A stretch of 61,282 bases of DNA, filler included, from Collodictyon triciliatum (taxonomy: Eukaryota): assembly GCA_043381765.1 (NCBI GenBank). It is 4 parts of 4 records of this genome, joined end to end, with 100 filler letters (N's around TTAATTAATTAA, not from the genome) between each part and the next. Parts side by side here need not be neighbours in the genome. Positions count along the whole stretch, not along the records: positions 16,630 to 41,536 come from JBHJMP010000606.1; positions 41,637 to 54,946 come from JBHJMP010000608.1; 2 more parts are not named here. One strand, given 5' to 3'. This document shows positions 39,915-52,076 of this stretch, piece by piece. Position 1 is the stretch's first letter, and every line of letters begins with the position of its first letter. A program made the translations under genes and the position numbers. A model generated the notes under the pieces. That model did no database searches. It saw nothing but the letters and a program-made list of their open reading frames with translations, and was not told where the DNA came from.

Positions 39915-41363
39915 TGTGGATGCTGCGAAGCACATCCGCCCGGACTCTCTGGCTGAAATCTTCAACCGCTTGCGTATTAATATGGGAGGTCGATATCCCG
40001 ATGACTTCCACTCGTCTCTTGAGGTGATTGCCGGAGGCGAAGGAAACATGCTTCTCTGTAACACAAACAGCGGATACAACTTTGGTGCTTACTTTGCCCA
40101 GAAGCTCTCTTCTCTTGGTCTGAGCAGCGCCGATGTTGACAAAGTGAAGATTTGGTATTCTGGTGAGGAACAAGCTTTTTATCCCTCTTCGGTGATGCCT
40201 TACTTCATTTATGTCCTCTAAATTCTGAAAAGATATATGAAGAGGTTGCTGACCAAGCCATCACATCATCATATTGTAATACATACAGGCTATCCGAAGG
40301 AGCCCGAAATCGATTGTGGAAGCATCTCTAACATTCGCAAAGTGATTCAGAACGACGACCACGGTTGCTCTTTTTTCTATTTTACTGCAATTAATTTGCT
40401 GCTTATTTTCGGCAACCACCGAGTCATTATTGTATTATATTACTGTGCATGAAATAACTTTTTAAATTTCGAATGTCTGTGCAATACGCCAAGACCAACA
40501 AAGTGATGGCAGCTCTTCCCGCGATATGGGTGAACACGGAAGTGTCTTGGTGAAGGAAAAGAATGTGGACAGACATCGCAGCTTTGAAATCCAGTTGTTC
40601 ACCAATCCACGCGGAACTAGCAATAACTACAACGGTGCCTCTTTTTTTTTTTTTTTCTCTTTTTTTTTTCATCGACCTTCTCCTCTAAATTCTGTTTTGT
40701 ACTCTATTTCTTATTATGTTTATTTTTTTCTTTTTATTTTCCTTCTTACTCTTTTAAAAAAAAATTGGCCATTTTCCTTCTTGATTGATAATATATCAGA
40801 CTTGTATGCTGAAAAAGTGACCTTACCTTGAACGCAGATTTCCCCATCCGCAACGTGCTCTCATCGTACTACTTCGCTTCAAACGGAGCTAAGGCCATTC
40901 CCGACGGGCTGAGCGACTGTCGCCTCTGCCAGGGACAGTACTGTGGCAGCTGCAAGTGAGTCTTTGGATTCAGACCTGCCGTCCCTGATTGGGGCTGAGC
41001 AAGCGTATTTTAACTCTACACGCCCCGGTGTTTATCTCTTCTTTTGTGTTTGAATAGGACGGTTACATTCTCGAAGGCCCACGAGCCCACGGCCTGTGGA
41101 TATACATCGGGTTGGAAATGATTGTTTCTTTTCTTTACTTCTTTTTATTTTACATCCAGAGTGGTGCTCAAATATCGAATCCTGCTATTATTTTCATTTA
41201 TCGAAGATGACCCCAGATTTACTTACCTCTCACTAACCATCACTATTACGCAGTGTACACCCGTGTCCACCGCGACCTGCAAATCGTCAATGCCATGCGT
41301 TCATGGATGTCACTTTCCCCAGTCTCCAACGAGTATCTCGGGAAGCCGTCCAATTGCGCATAA
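39915..41363 (+). CDS. GH13 alpha-amylase, C-terminal half (catalytic Asp/Glu/Asp)
   Basis: VDAAKH (region II), SLEVI (region III), IQNDDH-D (region IV), FPIRNVLSSYYF and YTRVHRDLQIVNAMRSW. TAA at 41361-63. Confidence 0.9.
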
Positions 41364-41580
41364 TTCTGCTCGCGAATTAAAGTGTCTGGCTGATTCTTCA
41401 TGATTTGGCGCGCTGATGTGTGATGGTTTTCTTTCTTTTTTTTTCTTTCTTTTTTTTCTTTTTTTTCTTTTTTTTTCTTTTTTTTTCTTTTTTTTTCTTT
41501 TTTTTCTTTTTTTTTCTTTTTTTTCTTTTTTTTCTTNNNNNNNNNNNNNNNNNNNNNNNNNNNNNNNNNNNNNNNNNNNN

Positions 41581-41592
41581 TTAATTAATTAA
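41581..41592. other. Artificial linker TTAATTAATTAA (contig join)
   Basis: Same 12-mer in an N block. Confidence 0.9.
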
Positions 41593-43259
41593 NNNNNNNN
41601 NNNNNNNNNNNNNNNNNNNNNNNNNNNNNNNNNNNNAGCTCTTCCGCCACGGAGATTCTTTTGCCTATCCCCCCAATCAATGATGTTTGTTTTTGTGTGT
41701 ATGAGTATCAAGGGGTTCAAAGAGAAAAGCTGTGTTGTGAAGAGTTGTGTTGGTATTTTTTTTTTATAAAAAAAACGCCGTAATATCGTCCGTTTTACCC
41801 AAACCCACACCGTGATAGGTCGGGTTGTCGCTATTGATTCGTGAGGATATGAGGCTCTTTTTTTTTTTTTTATTTAATTATTGCCTGGAGAGACTCTATC
41901 TCGAGCCTTGGTCAAAATGAGTTGTGCTATCGAGCCAGCCTGTCTGGTTTAAGATGATTATTCTAAAATTTTCCTATCTTCAGTATTATGAAGTATTTGT
42001 GTGGGTTATGTTGATTTTTCATTTATAAGCAAAAGCAGGAAGGCAATTTCCTAAATAAAACTTTGTCATGATTTATTTCCTTTCGCACCCATTTTTGTAT
42101 TCAAATGATAATAGTATCATACAAAAAAGGTAGAAGATAGGACAGGACACCTCAATCAATAAGTTTTTTTTTAAAAATCCTCAATGGAAATCCTCATATC
42201 AATCATTATCCCTAACAAAAGCTTTCAAGAAATTCACATCAAGACAATCCCAATCGCGTATGTATTCATTTTGGCTGCGTGCCAATCAAAAAACAAAACT
42301 TAACTAAAAAGTATTGTCCTTATATCAGAGCGACATATTCTCTAAAATCGACGAGTTGTCGTTAATGAGCGAAAAGGGTGACATATTTATACTACCGGTA
42401 ATTATCATCTCGTCCCTCTAAAACTGTTGCTAATAGCACGAATTGAAAGGGGGAGCAGGAAAAAATCAATCCAGTATTAGAAAATTATGTTACTTTTGCT
42501 ACCGCTCCACAAAACACCTTCACGCACCAGCCAGGTTCACAAGAAAAAAAAGAGCGAAGAGAAAATCGCCCAGGAAGAAAATATTTTACTTGCTCTCATT
42601 TGCATACAAAGTCTAACAAACCATAATCTGTTTTTATATGAAAAAAAAGTACTCAATATCCTCTTCATCGCCTTATTCTTTTCGATATTATGACTTTTGT
42701 AGCCATCAAAAAAAGTAAACAGATGGACGGTAATAAAAAGCGGTACTTCTTTTTATCTCGTGATAGCATGAAAGCGAACCCAACACACGACCAGCCATTT
42801 CTCCAACCACAAATCGTCCACGGCGATGTTTGTCCTCATCCTGATATTTTCTCCACAGCCAAAGCAAAAAAGCAAGGACGGTTCGCATGCAATAAAAAAA
42901 AAAAAAAGAAGGCCTGTTTGTTCTGGCCTTTCGCTATGCTGTTGTTCCTTTCCGTCTCTGTATCTACCAGGATGATCGACTGTCGCCATCTCCCGCTCTG
43001 CTTGGACTGTGCATCTTTCGCTTCTGTCTGTCATACTTCGGGCCACTTGTATTTTGCGCGAGTATCGGACTCCTTTCTCGCTTGTCGCCTGTCGAGCAAC
43101 ACGCAAACGCCGTCTGCTGTCGGACATTCCAGTCCCGCGTTTTATCCGCCCCGCTTCTCGCTTTACGGCCTCCAAAACCCTCGTTGATGACAGGCAATGT
43201 TTGCTCGTGTTCGGTTTATTCGCTTCGGGTGAAGGTGGTTGCGGAGAGCCACGTTGGAC

Positions 43260-43625
<366 letters not shown>

Positions 43626-46477
43626 TCATGTAAGGCCCCGCTCCTGGAGCCTATGCACCCAAAACCTGCTGCGATGCAAGTGTGACGAAGTCTTCCGCGA
43701 AAGGTAGACCCTACGCTCCAATATTGTTCTGAGAACAGTAATTAGGCAATGTAGAAATACAATATATATTATCATTAAATAATATTGCTATATTTAAAGG
43801 AAAAAAAGAAAGATAAAGGAAAAAAAATAATATTGCTATACAAGAAGTCTAATGGAATTATATCGAGCAAATATATTTTATAACTATATTTTCCAATAAT
43901 GCAGAAATTCCCAAAGTACCTTTTTAATCGACGGCCATTTTGGGAAATAATATGGTTTTTGGAGGCAGCGGTTAGTTGCGAGCGAAGCAAGGCCAAAAAG
44001 CGCACCTCGCACAGACAAAAAGTAAAAATAGAAAAAAAATTGTAGAAATTCAAATAAAGCTCAATAAAACGAAATATAAATGAAAGCAATTGGAAGGCAA
44101 TGGAGCCGCCGCTTACTGACGCATCAGACGGCCCACAAATGACATGTCAATGTTTGGGCGAAGAGGCGCCCCATTTTTTTCATGCAGCATTGCGTGGTGT
44201 TGTGTATCAGACCGCAAAGCAGCTCGTTACGTAGATTCCTTCGTACAAATGCAGCAGGGCGCACAAGGAAAATTACGAGCCAAGTAAATCGGTGCGTAGC
44301 GGTAAGGCGAGCCCGTGACTCCTTACTTTACAATTTTCAACATAATGAGCATTACGAGGTGGCCAAGATTGGAGTTAATCGAAAGGACTGTCCTTTGTCA
44401 TTCCGTATCTTTATCGTTAAACGTGCGCTATGATATTGTCCTCAGTTGCTAGAAGAAAAGAGGCATTTATCACCTCTCGCTAATGCATATTAATTTACCA
44501 ATATAGAAGTGATATAGTCCTTCTTTGGGGATAGTTTATAATATTGGGCTGAGTTCATCGGAACTACAACCTGGAATATGTTTGGCGCTCTTATCAGATT
44601 TTTTTCAACAGTGCGCTTTACCTCCATTAGGCTTATATGAGTTAAATGATTTATTATTGACTGGGGAACGGTATACAGTTTGATGTCGCCCTTACTCTAA
44701 AGGGTTGGTGGATGCGAGGTAGCAAGTCGGAATTGAAGCAAACTTCTACCAAAAATTCTCCTACTTTTATATACCTAACAACTTTGTTCATTTTAAGACT
44801 CGGGACGTTCATTTTAGGGTTCGCCTTCCATTGTAACATCCTTCGGTGCATGTAAACTTTTGCCATACCCATCTCTTTTTGACAATGCGTATTCGACGGG
44901 GAAAATAAAATAAAATGAAAAGCATACAATATTGGTGATGTGAATGAAAAGGGTTAACCCAAGGCATTTGTAAGAATGTAGCTCCTTAGTACCACTTATA
45001 ATGCAAACTTTCTTTTCCTTAAATGAGATTGGTGAGAAAAAAAGAAAAGAAAATGGAATTGTTTTATAAAACTGACGGGTTGAATACTTCAGAATGTCAC
45101 AACCTTCGCTGAGGGACAAGTACTGTGGAAAGAAAGGGTGAATGAAGAGATTGCCTAGCTTACGAGACTAACTAGGTACAGTTCAGGGCAAGCAAGGCAT
45201 AATGGCCATAGGCAAAGCGACGTGGATTGAGCTCTGGGTGCGTTTGATTAAAGTTTCACCAATCTACGTCTTCGAAAGTGCACCTGAAATGTCACCATAT
45301 CCGATTTTCTACGTATTTTCCCCTTACAATTATTTCTTTTCAAACTAAATATCTACCCACACAGCTATTCAAAGGGTTAGCCCCCTCTCGGATGAATATT
45401 ATTGCAAAAGAAAGTTCTTTGGGTTTTGTTTCTCCAAAAAAAAATAATTAAAAGAGACTTCGTCCATAAATATGTCAGAAATCGATACGTGATAAAAATG
45501 GACGAATGGGTATAGAGCTTAGTAACTCACAGAAGTGAAGACTATTTATTAATCCGGAGTACGATGGGGTAAATTGTGAAGGCACCAAACTGGATTGGAT
45601 GGCGTTGTCTCCCAATTTAGCTGTATCTACAAATGGATGACTATAATAGATGCGAAGTTTGTTTCCATTTATTCGATTCAAGGGAAGGGAGGTTTTAATA
45701 ATATATGCAAAGTTAAAGCCACTAAGATGATACCATGAATACATAAAATAAACACAATATAATAATCAGTTATTAACGNNNNNNNNNNNNNNNNNNNNNN
45801 NNNNNNNNNNNNNNNNNNNNNNNNNNNNNNNNNNNNNNNNNNNNNNNNNNNNNNNNNNNNNNNNNNNNNNNNNNNNNNNNNNNNNNNNNNNNNNNNNNNN
45901 NNNNNNNNNNNNNNNNNNNNNNNNNNNNNNNNNNNNNNNNNNNNNNNNNNNNNNNNNNNNNNNNNNNNNNNNNNNNNNNNNNNNNNNNNNNNNNNNNNNN
46001 NNNNNNNNNNNNNNNNNNNNNNNNNNNNNNNNNNNNNNNNNNNNNNNNNNNNNNNNNNNNNNNNNNNNNNNNNNNNNNNNNNNNNNNNNNNNNNNNNNNN
46101 NNNNNNNNNNNNNNNNNNNNNNNNNNNNNNNNNNNNNNNNNNNNNNNNNNNNNNNNNNNNNNNNNNNNNNNNNNNNNNNNNNNNNNNNNNNNNNNNNNNN
46201 NNNNNNNNNNNNNNNNNNNNNNNNNNNNNNNNNNNNNNNNNNNNNNNNNNNNNNNNNNNNNNNNNNNNNNNNNNNNNNNNNNNNNNNNNNNNNNNNNNNN
46301 NNNNNNNNNNNNNNNNNNNNNNNNNNNNNNNNNNNNNNNNNNNNNNNNNNNNNNNNNNNNNNNNNNNNNNNNNNNNNNNNNNNNNNNNNNNNNNNNNNNN
46401 NNNNNNNNNNNNNNNNNNNGTGGCATACCTACTGCATGGCATGTAATACCCCCTCGCAAATAAATGACAATGACCAG

Positions 46478-48435
46478 GATACAACTTGTACTCTGATGAT
46501 GGTGCAAACGTCCAACCAGAGTCTGGGCAATTGCCTTCGTCTTCATCATCTTCATCTGGGGTTGTCACTGGATTCGCCGTCTGCTTCCCTACTGAAGTGC
46601 TGGTATGGTTTTTTCTGTATTAGCTGAAATCGAAACGTAACTTTCAAAATCATTCAGTTCGAGAAAAGTGAGCATTGCAGAAGTTTGTGTTATGTTGGTG
46701 CCATTGAAACTCTGAAAGGAAACGGAAACGGAAACGGAAACAGAAAAAGAAAAAGAAAAAGAAAAAGAAAAAGAAAAAGAAAAAGAAAAAGAAAAAGAAA
46801 AAGAAAAAGAAAAAGAAAAAGAAAAAGAAAAAGAAAAAGAAAAAGAAAAAGAAACATTTTTTCTCTCCATTCGATTCAAGGGAAGAAAGGAGTTTTAGAT
46901 TTTTTTAAAGAAAGAGAAAAGTTAAATAAATAACAAATAACAAACACCAATTCTTAGGAGTCCAAGTTGGCAGCGATGGACTCTTTCATGATGTACCCCG
47001 ACGTAGCGTCTCGTATTGAGGTTGATATTGAAATTTCCTCAGGTATTCTTCCCTTTTCACTGGATTACATCGATACACAGCGAGATTTAAACACATGTTA
47101 TTTATAATCTAATAGTCACTACATGAACTAAAACATTTCTACATATTTTTATCCTTCTTTCTTTCTTTTTTCCGCATAGGTGATACATCGAAGGAAAAAG
47201 CATATGTGTATTTCCGTTCTCCCAGCAGCGATGCAACTCACATCGCATCAGGAGATTGGAAGGACTTTTTTGCCAGGGTACTCAATTCTGAACGATTTGT
47301 GCTCATCACAACCATCATAAAACTCTTCAGTATTCCGTGAAGTGCATGCGATCACCTCCTTCCCTTCTGCATGCTTCATTTATTATTATTATTGTTGAAC
47401 GGTTTTATACATAAATTGAATTACTTTACATAATACCCACGGATGAGCTGGAATGGTTATTGCTTCCCACTTTTTTAAAACAAAGATTTTTAAGATGTAT
47501 GCATTATTTTTAGTCTGCGGCTGGCCTCGAGGCTAATACCGCAACGATGGAAATCATGGCTAGTGGAGGAGAGTAAGTATTCAATTGATTGGGCTATCTC
47601 AGTCATTCTATGTCATCGAAATAAACTTAAATCATATTCACAGGCCAGCTTTCTTCTCTGTGTCTCCAAAAACTGATTGCCCTCATGTGGAGGAAGAATA
47701 CGACTTCCCAGAGGAGAAGTTGGATGGTGAGTATCAATCTAATAACATACGCAAATATATAAACTAGAACTATAAACCTTCCTCATATTGGGCCACACTA
47801 TCTGTTTTTTTCCTCCTTGCATTCCAACGGATTTGGTATTAAATCCTTGCGTGGTCACCATAGTCAAACTACCATGCGGGGTGTGTGCAAACCGCGGAGA
47901 AAATTGGGTTTGTCTGACTTGCTTGGATGTCTTTTGCTCCAGGTAATATTTGATTTGCCTCCATATGTCACTTCACTGTACTCTTTATGTTAACTTTTTT
48001 TTATCTCTCTTCCTTTCCTGCTTTTCATGTTGTGCAACAAATCTTCTATTGCATTCCCATACACGTCTTTTTTTTTTTTTTTTTTTACGTATAAATAATT
48101 CAAAATACAGATATGTGAAAGGCCACATGGCCCAACACAACCAGGACGAGAGCCATCCCATCGCCATCAGCTTCAGCGATTTATCAGTCTGGTGCTACGC
48201 TTGTGATAGCTATATCACATCCAGAGTAAGCCCGCCCACTGATAGTGTGACTCTCCTCCACCTACAACATTTTCTAGTTGCTTAAGCTTCATGTCAGAGA
48301 AATCCTGGCAACCCCAAACTACACTTCAATAATGATGGTCTGCTACCAGCCGCACCGTTTGATGATAATCCATCCCATTAGAAAATCCGCCCAGTGCTCC
48401 TCCAACTGCACCAAAGTAAATTTGGACACAAATGA
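46478..48435 (+). CDS. GGCT/AIG2-like domain fused to C-terminal HDAC6-type ZnF-UBP (BUZ) domain; 5' end in gap
   Basis: Spliced: GYNLYS..VVTGFAV..KLAAMDSFMMYPDVASRIEVDI..KAYVYF..HIASGDWK (GGCT-like), then VSPKTDCPHV..CGVCANRGENWVCLTCLDVFCSRYVKGHMAQH..HPIAISFSDLSVWCYACDSYI..LHQSKFG*. Confidence 0.8.
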
Positions 48436-48677
48436 ACGGAAGAACTCAACTCCTGACTTCTCTGAGCAAATTGAATAAATAGCATCATACTGCAAAGACG
48501 AAATGCCCAAGCGTATATCTTCATACATCAAACCACCTTGACTGATTCATAGCGAAGTATATGAAGCCGATATGTGGCCATCACGAGGCAATAATCCTAT
48601 CAGGATTTTCATTATATCTGGTTATCGGCGAGCAAGTTGAAAAAAAAAAACAGCTGCGTTTATTAAATTTGAATATG

Positions 48678-49169
48678 TTATCGCTTCTGTAGTTTCTGTA
48701 GTTGCTTCTTAGACATTTTTTTGAGCTTCTTCGGGTTTTTGATCTGTATGAGATTTCGGAAGGGTTATATCATACATAACAGGTGGCCAATTAGGCTGGT
48801 TTACCAACCGTGGAGTCAAGCAAAGTAGAGAAATAAATTAAATATGCATTTTTCATATTATATGACAGCAGATAAACAACAGTCAAGACAATTCCTACCA
48901 CTTGATATACTTCTGCTTTGCGCTCGTTTTCTTCTCTCCTCTTCAGGTTGTCCTCTCTTCTTTTCTTGGCTTCCTGGGAGCATGAAATTATTCAATATAT
49001 TACCCAAGAAATATCATATCAGTAAATTGGAGACTATGTGAAAAAGGTGAATAGGTCTTTTCATTACATCCTTTTCGTCCTGGATGCGAGTTTTTATTTC
49101 GCTCTCAAGAGCCTTCACGGCCTGCAAATAAGAGGGATGTCAACTTTTAATTGTCTTGATAACAAGGAC

Positions 49170-49200
<31 letters not shown>

Positions 49201-49358
49201 AAAAAAAAAAAAAAAAAAAACTTTATTTTTTTTTAGCTTTATTTGTTTTTATAAAAANNNNNNNNNNNNNNNNNNNNNNNNNNNNNNNNNNNNNNNNNNN
49301 NNNNNNNNNNNNNNNNNNNNNNNNNNNNNNNNNNNNNNNNNNNNNNNNNNNNNNNNNA

Positions 49359-49436
<78 letters not shown>

Positions 49437-49897
49437 CACTACTGTTATGGAAAGTAGACCCAATAAAGAAAAAAAAAGCGTATAAACAACCTTCATATGA
49501 TTTCTGTCTGCTTGCTTCTGTTCCCATGATTTCTTAACGATCTTTGTGTCTGCATATTGTGCTGCCCTGTGTCGTGGGCGTCATATGAATATAGTCGACG
49601 ACTACTTAGTGATCGGTAAATGTTTTACGCACAGTTTTTTACACTCAAATCAGGACTTCTGGCCTCAGCCTCAGGCCCATTATTATGCAGATCCCTTTCA
49701 AGTTTTCAAAAAAAATAAAATTATATTGAAAAATGGCAGTGAGGAGAAGGAAAAAGTGAGGAAGGAAAAGGGTGCGGGTATTACTTGCTGTATGGTTGCT
49801 TCCACTTCCTCCCAGAGACCGGGCGGTACTTGATATGCTTAGTCTCAGAGCCCGCAGCCACCTCCTCCTTTGTTGCTGTGTTCTCTGTGCCGCTCAT
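48678..49897 (-). CDS. CCDC86: CCDC86/Cgr1-family nucleolar coiled-coil protein, 5 exons
   Basis: PVSGRKWKQ, KKSWEQKQADR, RREDNLKRREENERKAEVYQV-IKNPKKLKKMSKKQL. Not visible in the ORF track because the exons are short. Confidence 0.85.
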
Positions 49898-50628
49898 TCT
49901 CTGCTGCGGCTTCCTCTATACATGCTTTGTTTAGCGAGCAACAGAAGCCAACAAATCACGAGGTGATTGAGCAAGCAATAGAGACGGGGCAAGTCTGCCA
50001 AGATGCCAGAATACAGTGCTCGTGGGGAATCCCAGCGAAGTCTATGATGCCTTGCGATCTTATGGATATGCTCGGTGTCTGCCTGTGATCACGATCTCTG
50101 CTTTTTGTGGGCTGAGTGATTCCGATCCCTTGAGTCCAGATTTTCATTTGCCGAACAGGAGCGTATGTCAACACGGCATAATTGATGATTTATTCAAATC
50201 CGGAAATTATAAATAATTGCGTTCCTAAAGGTACAATTCATACTTGACAGCCGAATACTCCACTAAAATCGTCAATATATATCATAGAGTTTTGTAAAAA
50301 GTTTTCCCTTTATTCGGTTCTCAGCGTACGCGTCGCAAGAAGATAACATGGTAGCCATAAGTACTTTGCTATGCTTGTGGAGGCGTCTGGGCGGATTGGT
50401 TTCTGCTGACGGCTCAAAAAAAGATTGGCCTTAGAAAAAGCGAGGGTTTTGTGCTCTAGAAAATACGTTTGCTGTGACACTAAGTTTCATGAAATCGACG
50501 AAATGACATGTTTTATTCAGAGTTGAAGAGGGGCGGGTGATGAATGGGTGAGGAGAAAGAGGGAATCGCTGTAGTTCTTCGCTTGGCAAAGCTTATTGAA
50601 GTCCGGTAGTCAGGGTAAACATTACCGA

Positions 50629-52076
50629 TTAGCAGCAGCCTCCGCTGTTCGATGATGGAGCGGATGAAGAGGCGCTCCCACTGAACGGAATGCTCTTGCC
50701 GCAGTCTGGGAATATCCCGTAGTGTGTGGAGCGGTCTCCAAAGAAGTCAAAGTGACGCTCAAAGCGTGTCAGTTTCAGCATGTCGAATGTGTTACCGCAC
50801 ACAGAGTAGATACGCCCGGCCTCAAAGACATGATGATTATCGAGGACAAACTTCTTTGGACTGTGCTCGACGGTGCCCTTGTAGCGGACAGCTTGGCCGT
50901 AGTCTTCGCAGTCGTTCTCCAGGGATGGAAGCTTAAACAGGCGGTAAGTCGCAGAGAAGAAGCCGATGTGGCCGACTACAGCAGATATATTTGGATCTGA
51001 TATCGTTATTGGGCGACTATGCACCAAGCGAGGGTCAGAGAAGCCGACTTTACGGGCGAGGTGGAGAAAATCGTTCCAGTACAATGCACCGCTCAGTCCT
51101 TCTCCAAGTAACACAGGGTCACTTCCCAATTCCTTTGGGAAGCGGCGGTCAGCATACATGTCAGAGAAGTACATCTCCCCACCATTCTTAAGGACACGAT
51201 ATGCCTGGCGAAGCACTGCCTCCTTGTCAGGAGAAAGATTCAGCACGCAATTGGAGCTATACCACATTATTATTTAATATAGAATGCGAAGATGAGGGTC
51301 GACACATTCATTAGTATATCTGGGAATTACGAAACATGTGAAAATGGGAGCGTTTCGGCATGGTGGTTGTGCGGGAGTAGATATACTTACACCACGATAT
51401 CAAAGCTATCATCTGCGATGCCAGCCTCGTCCAGCTTCTCGATGTATCCTTGGATGAACTCTGTGGTTGGCTTAGGGAAGTTGAACTGCTGGGCATGGTA
51501 GTCAATGTGTTTACGAGCGACTTGAACCTGCTCGTCGGTCATGTCGATACCCACGACACGGCCGTTTGGCCCAGCGTGGTGAGCGAGGACATAGCAGTCG
51601 CGTCCAGAGCCCGAGCCAAGATCAAGTATGTGTGCTCCTTCAATACTAGGAGGAGCAACAAGACCACAACCATAGAACTTGTCGATAACCTGGAGTTAGA
51701 AGAGTGGTTACTTCACCAGGAGGGGAATTTCATATGGTCTTGAGGCAATGCCAAATGAGGAGGCCGACAAAAAGAAAAAAAGGGAGACCTTGTCAAAATG
51801 ATAATAGTCGCAATATATAGGAAAAAAATAAATAGGAGCAGACAATTTCTTAGGGGTTGTGTGGATATTGGGAAACTTTGCTTGGTTTTTGTCTGCGTCA
51901 AAGAGTAGGCAGAAGAGAGGGAAAAGTACCTCCTCGTGGACGAGGCGCAGGGAGTCGCGGATGTGCTTGGGGATGGAGGAGAAGCTGGTGCAAGCATTGG
52001 TCTTCAGATCGGCAGACTTTGAGAGAACTTTGCCGTAATATTCCTTGACAGAGTCGCGCACAGTATTTTCGGCCAT
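50629..52076 (-). CDS. AS3MT: Arsenite S-adenosylmethionine methyltransferase (AS3MT/ArsM), 3 exons
   Basis: VKEYYGKVL..DLKTNAC, FYGCG, LDLGSGSGRDC, VSNCVLNL, GEGLSGALYWNDF, GFSDPRLV, CEDYGQ and a C-terminal GGCC. Confidence 0.95.

Noticed and set aside
44500..45700. Short exon-like segments, one with an in-frame TGA (CHNLR*GTS) suggesting selenocysteine
   Set aside because: I could not build a consistent spliced ORF on either strand or recognise a family or SECIS element; left unresolved.
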